Assembly: GCA_036630325.1 (NCBI GenBank)
Contig: CP142728.1
Location: 992,001 to 1,056,000 of the forward strand
From: Vairimorpha necatrix
Taxonomy: Eukaryota
DNA: 64,000 bases
Direction: 5' to 3'
Every line of letters begins with the position of its first letter. Position 1 is the first letter of the stretch. Both the position numbers and the translations under genes were made by a program. Below the pieces are notes generated by a model. That model was not told where the DNA came from. It ran no database searches and was given only the letters and a program-made list of their open reading frames with translations. Positions 15,214-27,600 of the stretch are shown here, in pieces.

Positions 15214-15765
15214 ATGCATTTATTGTTAATACAACTATATTTAAACCGCAGTGAATCATCTAAGGTGCTCTTTACAAACACTAAGTCAAAATTGAGTTTG
15301 TGTAGTCAAGATGGTGTAAAAATTTATGGATGCACGGATAAGAATAGCATAATAAAGGCAGTAATAAGACATGAAGATAATGGTAAAATTTTTATTGAGG
15401 TACCAAAATATAAAAAGGTGTTTGATGTTGCGGGAAATGGAACAAAACTAATTTTATATAAGAAACATGGAGGAACAAATCAAGTATTTAATATTGTGTT
15501 TTTTGATTACGAAAAGTATACGATCAGAAACAACGAGAAATGCTTTGGATACGATACAGAAAAGGATATTTTTATGAAGTCGCCTTGTTCTGAAGATGGA
15601 TCAATATTTAAGTTAACATTTGACTATGTTGAAAACGAGAAGCTTATATCATCGAAGAAACAGCCAGCAATCGTCGTTGAAGAATATTGGGCTCATAAAT
15701 CGGAAAATAATGTTCGAGGCATACCAAAGCTTGGCAAAAGAAATTATATTCCAATGGACAAGTAA
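15214..15765 (+). CDS. Secreted ricin-B-lectin (RBL)-type protein, 183 aa
   Basis: Short hydrophobic N-terminus; beta-trefoil motif KKVFDVAGNGTKLILYKKHGGTNQVF and paired cysteines typical of microsporidian ricin-B lectins. Confidence 0.8.
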   Translation: MHLLLIQLYLNRSESSKVLFTNTKSKLSLCSQDGVKIYGCTDKNSIIKAVIRHEDNGKIFIEVPKYKKVFDVAGNGTKLILYKKHGGTNQVFNIVFFDYEKYTIRNNEKCFGYDTEKDIFMKSPCSEDGSIFKLTFDYVENEKLISSKKQPAIVVEEYWAHKSENNVRGIPKLGKRNYIPMDK

Positions 15766-16407
15766 ATAATTTTATTTTTCCGTCTATAGCAACATTTTAT
15801 TGCCTTTCACGTAGTTATACTGCTTATGCTCGTAAGTTTATTTACAGCTAAGGTATTTATATATTTTAAAAAAATTAATAAATATGAACAAATCAACGTG
15901 AAGGCGGCAGCCATTTCAAAAAAATAAATATTATATGCGACATTATTTAGAAACATGTAGATAAAGAAGTCAAGGGCTGTCATGGCCATTATTTTACGCT
16001 TCTACGACATTTAAATTCGGAATCTTTTTGAAAATAGTCTTCAATCAAATTTCTTTTGTGCGATACAGATTTAATAGCCAATGTTTTTTCACAGCACATA
16101 TTTGACATAAACCGAAGTAATATCTCCGTTTTTTAAATACATTTCTAAAATATTTGTATTGTATTTATATTTATTTATGTTTAATCTGTTTTATTGTTAT
16201 TCTTCATGCTCGGTGTTTTCTAACTTTTTCGGACTATTTATATTTATTTATGAAACATAACGTTTCATGTCCGATAGTTAGAGATCACCGCCCTTGACTA
16301 TTCGTTCGGAGCAGTGTTTTACTGATTAAAGTTTTAACACAGTAATACACAGATGTCATGGTTTTGAGGACATGACAATATTATAAATTCAAATATGATA
16401 TTATATC

Positions 16408-19400
16408 TGAGATGTCCTATGGGGACATGGCCATTTTTCAGATATGCCTCTATGAGGCTTTTGTTATGTTTAATATTTTTAATGTTTTTATTACTATTAT
16501 ATTTATTATTTTGATTACGGTTGTTTCCTAAATTCATCATGCCCTCCTTTTCTTAAAATTTTATTTATAATTTTTTTTTAAAAACTTGGAGTGAAAATAA
16601 AATAAATAAAATAAAATTATGTTATGAAAGGACATAACATCCTGCCTCCTCTAGAACTTCAGCTGACTTAGATGTATCCAGTCGTTATATCCAATTAGTT
16701 TTACCCATCTTCCATTTATACCTACTTCTGAGACTTTATAGGGTCCGCAATACTTTGGTTCTAATTTATTAGTAGAAGGATTTTTCCTGTAGACTTCTTG
16801 TCCACATGTTACGATATCAGTGTCATGAACCTCTGTTCTGCTTGGCTGACTGTATTCCATTTCCTTTGATTCTAGATCATAAAAACTTCTTTTAAATACG
16901 ACTTCCCTTGGAGAGCAGCCTATCGTCGTATTGACGTTATTATTAATTCTATGTTCAATGCTTTTAACTATACTCTTCATATTCTTTTTTTTATTCATCC
17001 TCAACATTTCGGAAATTGTCCTGTTAATTCTTTCTGACACTCCGTTACTTTGTGGATGATACGCCGGTATCAGTTGTTGTTTTATTCCTTGTTTCTGCAA
17101 ATAATTTTTTACTAAATGGCTTGTATACTGAGTTCCGTTATCTGAAACTACCTTTTTTGGTTTAGTAAAATGTTCTTGCCATACTTCTAAGCATTCTATA
17201 ACTTCTTGACTTCGTATTTTTTCATTAAAAAATATCTTTGTATATCTGGAAAATACATCTGTAATTGTTAGTATGAACCCTTTGGTCGAGTAGTATGTAC
17301 CTTCAAACTCCTCCAAACTAAAAGGTCCATAAATGTCGGTACTGATTGTCTCAAATATTATCTCGCTGTATATTTTCACGTTGCTGTATTTTTTTTTATT
17401 CCTCTCTTTGTTGATTAAACATTTTCTGCATTCATGACATACTTCAGTTATATTTCTTTTGATGTTATGTACCCAGTAGTGTTTCTTAATATTAAGATAC
17501 ATAATTACTTCGCCGCAATGTTCAGAAATTTCGTGTATAAACTTTATAAACTCTTTTGCTTTATTTTCACTGATAATTATTCTCTGCTTATTGTCTTTTA
17601 ATAAATCTTTTACTCCCATGCTATTATTTGCATATGTGCAATAGCTCCGTACCTTTTCGTCGTATTTCTGTTTATCTGCTTTACCTTGCGATATAATATA
17701 ACACCGCGATAGGTGGTCTGCAATGTTATTTTTCATCCCATCTATACTAAATATTTCAAAATTAAATTCGTTCAATAAAACTTTCCATCTTTCTAATCTA
17801 TTCGAAATTTTCTTATTCTCAAATGTACAGTTTTTACTGTCTGTCTCAATTCTAACGTAATTACCTTGTATTATTCTTCTAAAATGATCCATTGACTTAA
17901 CTATCGCGAATAATTCCTTCTCTACTATCGAATAATTCACTTCCGAACTTAGAAATTTCTTTGAATAACACCCTATGAGTCCGTGGGCTTGAATTAATAC
18001 GGAGCCCATTCCTGTATCGGATGCATCGCATTGTAATATAAACTTCTTATTAAAATCTGGGCTAACTAGGTTAATATTCTTTTTGATAATTTCTACAATA
18101 TTATTGATTTCCATTGTATGCGACGAGCTCCATTTTATTTTCTGGGTGTCGGTTTTCTTCAATAAGTTCGTTACTTGATTGATTTTTGTACTTAAGTTTG
18201 GTACAAAGGTTCTAAACCAATTTATGATTCCTAGAAGCCTCTGTAGTTCTTTCTTTGTTTTTGGTTCTTTTAGTAGTATTTTCTCATCTAAATTCTTCAA
18301 GTTTGCGCGTATTCCGCGATTGTTTACGATACATCCTAGTATTTCTATTTCTGTCTTGCAAAACTTTGATTTATCAAAGTTGATTCGTAAGTTATGGTTA
18401 TATAGTGTTTTCAGAACTTGTAGTAAAGTTTCGTCATGCGCATCTTTACTCTTCCCGTATATGACGATATCGTCGATATACACGAAAACATTATCAATTT
18501 CTTCTAATAATTCTGATATGATTCTTTGAAATAGCTTCGGACCCGATTTTATTCCAAAAGGAATTCTTTTATATTGATAGTGCTTTCCTAGTATGTAAAA
18601 CCCTGTTATTACTCTGCTCTCTACATCTATTGGGGCTTGATTAAATCCGTTAGTGAGGTCTAATTGTGAAAAGTATAGGTTCCCAGATAGTAATAATAGA
18701 TTGTCATGAATATTCGGAATTTGATATATTTCATCAAGTATATATTTATTCACATGTCTGTAATCTATCACCAATCTTAAATCCTTGTTTTTCTTTTCTA
18801 TTACAAATGCCGGGCTGGCAAACTTAGAATTACATCTTTCTATAATTTCTTCACTTTCCAATCGTGCCAATTCTTCCTTTAATCTTCCTACGTATGCCAA
18901 TGGAACTTTATAAGGATGAGCTTCATAATACTTGAGGCTTTTGTCATAAACTATTTTTTGTAAAGTGTTTGTTTTAATGCATTTAAATTTATCGTTATTA
19001 AGCTTATAGAGATCCATTGTTTTATTTAACTTTAGTTCTTTCTCTGTTGCCAAGTTGAGTTTCTCGAACAATAGATTATCTAGTTCACATTCCTTGCTCT
19101 TATCGTGAAATGATATGTTCCTATTTTTATACTCAACTAGGCCTAATTTATAGTTTAAGATAAATCCATTCCCATGCAAAAATTCCGTTCCTAATATCAC
19201 CTCATCAGGTCCTTCCTGTAACACCTGTAATTTCACTAATCGACACTCCATTAAGTCGTTTACTTCCAATTTTACCAATGTTGAGTTACAACTGGTTTCT
19301 GTCTGATTATTTGCAAACTTTACGTCTACGGTCGCATCTTCTTTAATATCTAGTCCTAGGCCGGTGGCTAGCTTGCTTCCAATAAAGTTTTTTGTAGCAC

Positions 19401-20535
19401 CAGAATCTAAGATTAACTTAGCATCTTTTCCGTTGATTTTACCAGAAAGTATTATGGTACTTATCTTTGTCATAGGTTCGGTAATTATTTTCGTCTCTTC
19501 AAGATTTCTTGATCCTTTATTGGCTGGTCGACTATTTGGATGTTGATTATAAAAGCATTCTTTGGTCTGGTGTGAGTTATTCTTATGAATGGAACACCAT
19601 TTTCGAGTGTTGTAGTTATTTCTTGTATTGGTAGCATCAAAATGTTTTTTGGGTTCATCATTATCAACAATATTATTTGTAATCTTATTTTCGTAACGTT
19701 CAATTTCTTTGTTTATTACTTTGTCAAGGTTTTTTAAATATTCTAAAGCTTCCTGTAAATTATCTTGTATTCTTGCCTTTACTATCTCGAAGTTACTATT
19801 TCTTCCTAGTCCGCTGAAAAAACATTCACTCATATGTCTATTAAATTCCGTCTTGCTTATTTCGTAGTAAGCGCTGTATATGACAATTCTCTCATAAATA
19901 GCGTCGTAATACTCGGTTATCGTTCGGTAGCTGATTTGCAAAATTCGAAATGCCTCGCTCAAAATGTCACAGTTACTAGCTCCATATTTGATCTTAATTA
20001 TATTCCTTCTAATGGTTACGCAATCTTTTGCAAAAATCTCATTATCTAATCGTGAATCTGGGATTAAATTCGTTAAAATTAAAACTTGTTGTTCATTTGT
20101 CCAGCATTCTGGATCGCTATTGATTCAAATTCTATGAACCAGGTTGTAATGTTCCAGTTATCTATGTTTCTAATTATTCTTATTTTCTTGTTAAATTCCG
20201 TTTCTGTTTCTGGAATTCTAATCTTTACTTGTAAAAAGTCATCCTCATTATCAGATTTCTTCTCCTTATAAATGTTTTTATTCTTCTCAATTTGAATTCA
20301 AATTGAGATGTCCTATGGGGACATGGCCATTTTTCAGATATGCCTCTATGAGGCTTTTGTTATGTTTAATATTTTTAATGTTTTTATTACTATTATATTT
20401 ATTATTTTGATTACGGTTGTTTCCTAAATTCATCATGCCCTCCTTTTCTTAAAATTTTATTTATAATTTTTTTTTAAAAACTTGGAGGGAAAATAAAATA
20501 AATAAAATAAAATTATGTTATGAAAGGACATAACA
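16408..20535 (-). mobile_element. Ty3/Gypsy LTR retrotransposon B (palindrome-PBS group), 232-bp LTRs
   Basis: Near-identical LTRs 16408-16639 and 20304-20535; ATATC target-site duplication on both sides; polypurine tract AGAGGAGGCAGGA. Confidence 0.95.
16651..19962 (-). CDS. Gag(C-terminal)-PR-RT-RNase H-IN polyprotein of element B (gag N-terminus upstream is frameshifted)
   Basis: CSIHKNNSHQTKEC knuckle, LDSGA protease, YIDD RT, CDASD RNase H, HHCC zinc finger and DDE integrase. Confidence 0.92.
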   Translation of the reverse strand: MSEAFRILQISYRTITEYYDAIYERIVIYSAYYEISKTEFNRHMSECFFSGLGRNSNFEIVKARIQDNLQEALEYLKNLDKVINKEIERYENKITNNIVDNDEPKKHFDATNTRNNYNTRKWCSIHKNNSHQTKECFYNQHPNSRPANKGSRNLEETKIITEPMTKISTIILSGKINGKDAKLILDSGATKNFIGSKLATGLGLDIKEDATVDVKFANNQTETSCNSTLVKLEVNDLMECRLVKLQVLQEGPDEVILGTEFLHGNGFILNYKLGLVEYKNRNISFHDKSKECELDNLLFEKLNLATEKELKLNKTMDLYKLNNDKFKCIKTNTLQKIVYDKSLKYYEAHPYKVPLAYVGRLKEELARLESEEIIERCNSKFASPAFVIEKKNKDLRLVIDYRHVNKYILDEIYQIPNIHDNLLLLSGNLYFSQLDLTNGFNQAPIDVESRVITGFYILGKHYQYKRIPFGIKSGPKLFQRIISELLEEIDNVFVYIDDIVIYGKSKDAHDETLLQVLKTLYNHNLRINFDKSKFCKTEIEILGCIVNNRGIRANLKNLDEKILLKEPKTKKELQRLLGIINWFRTFVPNLSTKINQVTNLLKKTDTQKIKWSSSHTMEINNIVEIIKKNINLVSPDFNKKFILQCDASDTGMGSVLIQAHGLIGCYSKKFLSSEVNYSIVEKELFAIVKSMDHFRRIIQGNYVRIETDSKNCTFENKKISNRLERWKVLLNEFNFEIFSIDGMKNNIADHLSRCYIISQGKADKQKYDEKVRSYCTYANNSMGVKDLLKDNKQRIIISENKAKEFIKFIHEISEHCGEVIMYLNIKKHYWVHNIKRNITEVCHECRKCLINKERNKKKYSNVKIYSEIIFETISTDIYGPFSLEEFEGTYYSTKGFILTITDVFSRYTKIFFNEKIRSQEVIECLEVWQEHFTKPKKVVSDNGTQYTSHLVKNYLQKQGIKQQLIPAYHPQSNGVSERINRTISEMLRMNKKKNMKSIVKSIEHRINNNVNTTIGCSPREVVFKRSFYDLESKEMEYSQPSRTEVHDTDIVTCGQEVYRKNPSTNKLEPKYCGPYKVSEVGINGRWVKLIGYNDWIHLSQLKF

Positions 20536-20975
20536 ATATCACATTTGGTCGGGAAAATATGTTCTCTGTTTTTTGGTCGCATTTTTGGGACCGTAAAACA
20601 GAGAAAAGCAAAAATTTACATTTTTTTTAAAAAAAGACTCATAAAACAACAGAAAATAAAATTTCATAGTTTGATACTGTCACACGACAACCTTCTTGGG
20701 GCTCTAGAAATCAGTACAAACATCTAAACTAAAACCACTCGGCCGTCAAATCTCAATAAGAGCCGTGTCAATGACGTAAACTAAATACGTCATCGTTGCC
20801 AAGCAAACGACTTAGAAAGTGTATGTTTTTATCTATAATGCCATAATATGAAAAGTTACTTAAGATAATACTTTTCCCTTCTATTCTTGACAACTTTGAC
20901 ATTAATTAAAATTTAAACAAAAAAGACCGAATTTCTGCCATTTGCCTTGTTATGAGAGAGCAACAAACCAATAAA

Positions 20976-21764
20976 GGGTGTTTTTAGCCCAGTGGTAGAA
21001 GACGATGCTTCTATTGAGCAATGGCTGGGTTCGATTCCCAGGGACACCAAAATTGTTTCTTTTTTCTATGATGCAGTTGGAACAACTCAGATGATGAAAA
21101 TGTTTACGATAATCATTAAGTTGATTCAGTAGAACTTGTGTGTACCCAGCCACAAGGGGATTAGCATCTAGTGTAGAAACGCACCTCAAGGCCATAAACA
21201 GTATCACCCTTGTGATGGCTGTATGATACATAAATGTATCTAATGGTAAAGGCCTGGTCGGAGTCCATGGCTGGTGCACTCTAGATTGGGATACTTGAGC
21301 TACTAAGAGATTAGACGAAGTAGGGCAATAAAAGGTCTCGTGGACCCTATCCTAAAGAATCTGTAACACGGTGGCCGAAACTAGTGGGAGACTGGTGGTC
21401 AGCGCAGCCCAATAAAAACACCGGGCTGGTGATGTGGTCGTATAAGGAGTTGTGTGTGTGCAATACATATGATTAAAGGGACCTTTGAGTCAGTACAATG
21501 ATGTCTCTCCTCGGATTATAGATAACCATGCTTTTTAAGTATATCCGCTGTGAGGTCACTCTGGACGCGATTTGAGGTATAAATGGAAAGTGTTCTCCCG
21601 GAGCCAAAGTCCAATGGATACGGCGGAGCTTGCTGCTCCGGCAAGTTGTATGGAGGGAGTTTTAGTGAGTAAGAATCTCACAGTACCAGTTGGATGAGGA
21701 TCACACCCGAATCCCTCTGGTCCCTATGTAAGGTTTCTCCCTTTCTCTTACTTGCAAGAAAAAA
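20976..21764 (+). mobile_element. tRNA-derived SINE, copy 2 (~790 bp)
   Basis: tRNA-like head 20977-21049 (GGTGTTT...TAGCCCAGTGGTAGA...GGTTCGATTCCCAG..GACACCA); A-tail; duplication aacaaac(c/t)aataaa at 20962-20975 and 21765-21778. Confidence 0.88.
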
Positions 21765-24608
21765 AACAAACTAATAAACAGTTTCGTAAAAACTCATTTT
21801 AAGACACACCGAGCAGTCAGGGAGGCTGCCCGTGTCACAGATACATCCTTCGTTTTATAGACTTGGCCTATGTAAAGACTATATGAAAAAAACTAAAATT
21901 ATTGCCCTTATTAGACGTTGTGGTTCTTGTGATTATGTCGTAGCAAAGTTAGAATATCTTCGGAAAAAGAAAAGGAAAGATTTGTTTATAGATGTATAAA
22001 ACGAGAACGTAAGGCAAAAAAATAGTTTTTTACCCAGCAGTCAATATCATTCTTAATTATCTTTTTTGTTGTGTTTTTAATCCTTTGTAACAGCAATTAT
22101 AGATTGTTTAAAGGTTAACGAGTGTGTTAAATGACAATATTTTAATATATAGCTAAAATTAAGAATATAAATTAAAAAGAAATTTTAAAAAGACTGCAAG
22201 TCGGGGAAAGAGGTGCAAGGGCGGAGAGTGAACTGTATTGTTGTGATGACTTGATTCAACAAAACAAAGGTCTTTACATTATTTGTTTACTACGCTTAAC
22301 AAATACTCCATTTTTATGTATTTTGATCTTTACTGCGTTTTAGGATAGTCTTTTTAGAACTTTTTGTTGTATGTTTGTTTACAAACAAACATGTAAAACT
22401 ATAAATAGCGAAACCCCCCCTTAAGATAAATTAGTAGGAAGACTGATACAAAATCTAAAAACAATGAAAACTATACTTTTAAAAATACCCTTAATCATAT
22501 TAGGACGTATCTCCGCTTAAGATATGTCAATTGTGAAGAAGAGGAACTATTAGAGTTCCATCTAGAACTGACAATGTAGCAAAAGATACTGTATGGATTT
22601 AGGGTTGTTTGAGGCAGTTAATAAAAATTTATTTCTATGTCGTCATGTTCCTGATCGAAAATTAATATTCTAACAAGGAATATAGGAGATAGAGTTTTAC
22701 TAGAATCAGTTCTTATTTCCAATGCCCATACTAGTTATTTAAGTGTAGCAGCAAATATAAATCTTGAATACATTAATGTTATTTATTGAATAGGTGTGGT
22801 ATCCACCACAATTATTTCTTAAATTTTTCTTCCTTTTCAATTTTTAGAAAATATTTTCTATAAATAAAAAATATTCAAAGAAGGGCATACAAAATGAAAA
22901 GAACAACCAAAGAGACAGACGACCTACGTACATGACTCCACAGCGAGATTATGATAATAAACCTTTAATTAAAAACAAACCATTTATTTGTTCATTCATA
23001 GAACAACAACTTCGTTTCGGACACCTCATCCAAGGTTACGACAATTTGATATCAAATAAGAAAAAAGATCCCACGAACGAAACTACAAAGAATAAGAAAT
23101 ACGTAAAATTTTAGTCCCAATCCTTGGGAAAACGACTAAATATACTGTCGATATATTACAGGTAGATGATCTAGAGACTGTTGATATTTACCACTGGTTC
23201 AAAGAATTTGAATCCCTTATGAAACAGCAATCTTGGACAGAAGAAAATCTTCAGCTAATTTTAAACAATCTATTCCGAGATCCAGACGTGGATCGAGATA
23301 TATTTTCTGAAGAGCTACGAAAGCATGAAAGAGGAATTAATTAAATTGAAGTATCCAAGGAGTTCCTACTCCTTGATCGCCAAGAAACTAGACAGAATCT
23401 ACCAAAATAACTACAAAACTATTAAAAATATTTGCAAGAGATAGAAACTTGCCTGAAGATTTATACCACCTTAATAAAAACCACCAAAACTGAGTACGCT
23501 AGAGAATTACACGACCCCCTTTTAAATAACCTAGGACGGTTTACAAAACTCCACGGTTAATCCCTGGAGAAGGATGAAGATTTTGATACCCTTTATAATT
23601 ACCTATTAAATACAAAAAGAAATTAATTAACAACTTACTAGAACAAGAGCAAAGCAATCTAAACATCTGTAATCTTCAATTAGAAAATCAAAAAAAATAT
23701 TTCGCTACAAAAAGCTGGAATGAAAACGGGGAAACTAACAAGCCAGTAAAGTTTAACGCGTCAAATTCTAGCATATTACCTAAGGAGAAGCAAAACTATG
23801 TTGGTCATAGTGCCGAAAATAAGACATTTAGAAAAACTGAACGACATAATACGATGATATTGAACCCACAGAACCAATAACAGATATTTTTATAAAAGTA
23901 AAATTGATCAACAATGAAGAAATTACCGCATTAATAGACACGGCGTCCACTAGAAACATTGTTAGTGCAAATCTAGTAGAAAGACTTAAACTTGATAAAC
24001 GCGAAAATCAGTAAATAAAGGTATTATTCGGGAACAGCCAAGTATTTACCTTAAATGAAACAGCAGATATGAAATTTATGACCAAGGAATGCGCGGAACC
24101 CTTCATTAGTGAATTTTACCTCATGGATAATCCAGCACATCATTTAATACTAGGAAATGTATTTTTAAGCAACAATGGATGCATAATCGACTATGAGAAT
24201 TATGAAATGAGATTGAAAAAAATAAAAATACCGTTGATTCACGAAAGTCAACCACAAGAGGAAGTGTCAGATACAGACAAAATTTTCTTCGAAAAATTCG
24301 CTTGTCATCGAGAATTTGATACAGAACATGAATTTACTGACAAATTACGTAAAGAGTTGACGTATCCTAGGCGAAGATACGTCTCGATGAGGTTTGAGGT
24401 GTTTTCAAAACTATTATTTTTATTGTTAATTGAGTTTGCTTTGACCTTCTTACTCACCATGCCCATTTGGGCTTTTTTTTATTTATAGTTTTACATGTTT
24501 GTTTGTAAACAAACAAACAACAAGAAGTTTTAGAAAGACCATTCTTGAAAAATAGCATAGTGCATCATTACATGGACATGGAGTATTTGTTAAGAATAGT
24601 AAACAAAC

Positions 24609-27600
24609 TGTCAAACTGTTTATTATAATTTTCCATCCCCTCTTTTGGAAATGTTTTTAAATAGTTTTAGTAGCCAATCAAATACTAACATTTGTCGAAA
24701 GATGATTGGCTAGTTTTTGATGGGCTACGACACCCCCTCACTCAGTTTTTGATGTATCCCTTTTTATGTGGCTTTTATTAACTCTAAATTCGCCTTTGTT
24801 GTCAAATGGCCTCACCATGTACGCGTCTTCCGATAGTATTTCTGATATTTTGTATCCAGGGAGCCATTTTGAGCTTAATTTATCTTTCCCAGGTAGATTC
24901 CTATAGATCATCACGAGTTCACCAACTTCAAGTTTTTCTTTAATGTCAATTTTCCCTTTGATTATATCTTTTTTGTACTTAATGAAGTTTTTATTTCTTT
25001 TCTCAAGCAAGTGTTGCTTGGAATATCTTTTAGGAATAATTTCAAGTTTCTTATCTACTTCCGTTTGCATCTGATGTCCATGTTTCATAATATACGGGGA
25101 GGTTCCAATGGCTCGATTAAAAGAGAGGTTGATAGCTAATGTTGCCTTTTTTAAGAAGGGGCTCCAATCTCGTTCTCCGAACAACGACATTCTTCTTAGC
25201 GCATTTCTAAGAGTTTGGTTTACTCTTTCTACTGCACCTGTTGTCTGATGGTGGTATGGGGAGCCAAATTCCCAATTTATATTATATTTTTTCTGTAACG
25301 AAGATACTTCTTGGTTGCTAAATTCCAATCCGTTATCCGTCAAAATCCTTTCTGGTATTCCGTGTTTTCTTATAATTAGCTCTTCCACAGCGCGATAAAT
25401 TTCTTTAGAACTTTTGTTATTTAGTATCTTAGTCTCTATCCATTTTGTGTAATGATCAATGGCCACAAAAACATATTTCGATCCCGTACTTTCGTACATT
25501 TTACCTAGTAAATCAATTTCCCAGAGTTCGTTGGGTCTTTCTGATATGATTACCTTATTTTTTGTTTTAGTTCTTGGTCCCCTTGACATAAGACATATTG
25601 CGCATTGTGAACAAAATTTTTCTATATCTCTATGCATGTTTTTCCACGCGTAATTTTGGGAAATCATGAATTTCATGGTGTTTGTAGAACCATGGCCCGA
25701 AATATTATGGTATTCTATAAGAATTTGCTTTCTGTCCTCTACACTTAGTTCTTGTGTATTTACTTTATTTATTTCTTTTTGTTGAAAGAATCTACTGAAT
25801 CCGTCTGCTATATTATCGTCTCCCTTTACGTGTTCTATTTTGAAATCGTATTCGGCAAGTTTCAATGACCATCTTAAAAGTCGGCTAGATGGGTCTTTTG
25901 TTTGCATGAGATAGATAAGAGCTTTGTGGTCAGTTCTAAGGATAAATTTTTTCCCTAATAGGTAATGGCGAAAGTGGCCTATTCCTTTTATTAGGCCCAA
26001 TAATTCCTTGTCAGTTACTGAATAGTTTTTTGGCATTTATCAAGTCTTTTGCTGTATGCCGCGATCATTTTTTCTTCGCCTTTTTCGTTCTCTTGCAATA
26101 AAACAGCTCCTATTCCTGAATCCGAAGCATCCGTCATAAGTATGAAATGCTTCTGAAAATCGGGCTGCGTCCTGATTGTGCTTTTTCCCATTTCTAATTT
26201 CGTTTTATTAAATGAATCTGTTTGTTCTTCGGTTAAGTGGATCTTTTTATTGGAACTTAGTTTTTCTCCTTTTAATATATCATATAGTGGTCCTGTAAGG
26301 GATGCTATGTTTTTAATAAAGTCTCTACAGTAATTAACAGTACCTAGGAAGCTTCTTAGTTCCTTTATAGTGGTAGGTATTGGGTAGGTATTTATTTGAC
26401 TAATTCTTTCAGGATCAACTTTTATATATCCGTTTCCTATGATGTTTCCTAAAATTTTAATTTCATTTTTATAGAACTTACATTTTTTTAAATTGAGTGA
26501 TAACCCAGCGGCTCTAATTTTTCCTAACGCTATTTGTGAGTGTTTATCGTGGTCGTCCTTGGTTTTAGAATAAATAATGATATCATCTAAATAGGGTATT
26601 ATAAATTTTCTGTTTTCACATCTAAAAATATTGTCCATCGCTCGCTGAAATGTGGCCTGAGCGTTGCAAAGTCCAAACGGCATCCTATTGTATTCATATA
26701 AACGACCCCTAAATGAAAAGGCTGTTTTTTCTTTGTCCTTTTCTTCCATGGGGAGTTGTTGAAATCCACTTGTGGCGTCTAAGATTTTAAAAAATGAAGC
26801 TTTACAACAACTATCTAAAATTTCGTCAATTCTAGGGGACATGTATGAGTCCTTGACTGTTATAGAATTTAATCCCCTATAATCTATGCACATTCTCCAA
26901 GTTTTATCGGGTTTCGGAACCATGACTATCCTACTACACCAGGGGCTTTTACTATCTCTGATTATTCCCAGCTTGAGTAATTTCTGAATTTCCTTTTCAA
27001 TTATGTCCTCTTGTGCAACCGGTATCCTACCATTTCTTTGGCAAATTGTTTTTTTTGCAATTAACTTCTATGCTATGTTTACCAGCTGTACATAGATTAA
27101 ATTCTCCTATTTCTGTCTTGAATAAGTCTTTAAATTCTTCCTCTATTTTTGATTTCGTTAGATCGTTACAGTAATTAACCTTTTGTTTAGCATTTGGAGA
27201 TATTTCTGTAAATATCTCGGTGACTAATTTCAAATTTCTTTTTATAACCTCGGATCCTAGGATTATATACCGCGTATCTTGCATTATCAATGGAGAGAAT
27301 GTAATAGTTTTATTTTTTATTGTTATGGTGCAATTTTTTAGTTGTCCAACTATTTTTAACGTGTTATTTCCCGCTCCTTTGACGATCCCCGAATATGTGT
27401 TGATATGTTTATGTAGATGTTTCGGGATGTCTGGATAACCAATGAGTGACACATCAGCACCAGTATCTAATAAAACGCTCTTCTTTTTATTAAATATATA
27501 ACCCTCTATGAAAAAAGGATTGTCGTCGTTGATAACTCTGCATAATGAATAAAAAATATCATCATTTATTTTTTTGTCTAGTTCCGCTTCTTCTTCTACT

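Noticed and set aside
15978-16377. Possible solo LTR of the palindrome group (TGTCATG..CATGACA terminal hairpin)
   Set aside because: No second copy in the window and no matching target duplication.
20977-21049. Functional tRNA gene
   Set aside because: The anticodon arm is degenerate, and the sequence is the head of a repeated element with tail and target duplication, so it is called a SINE head.
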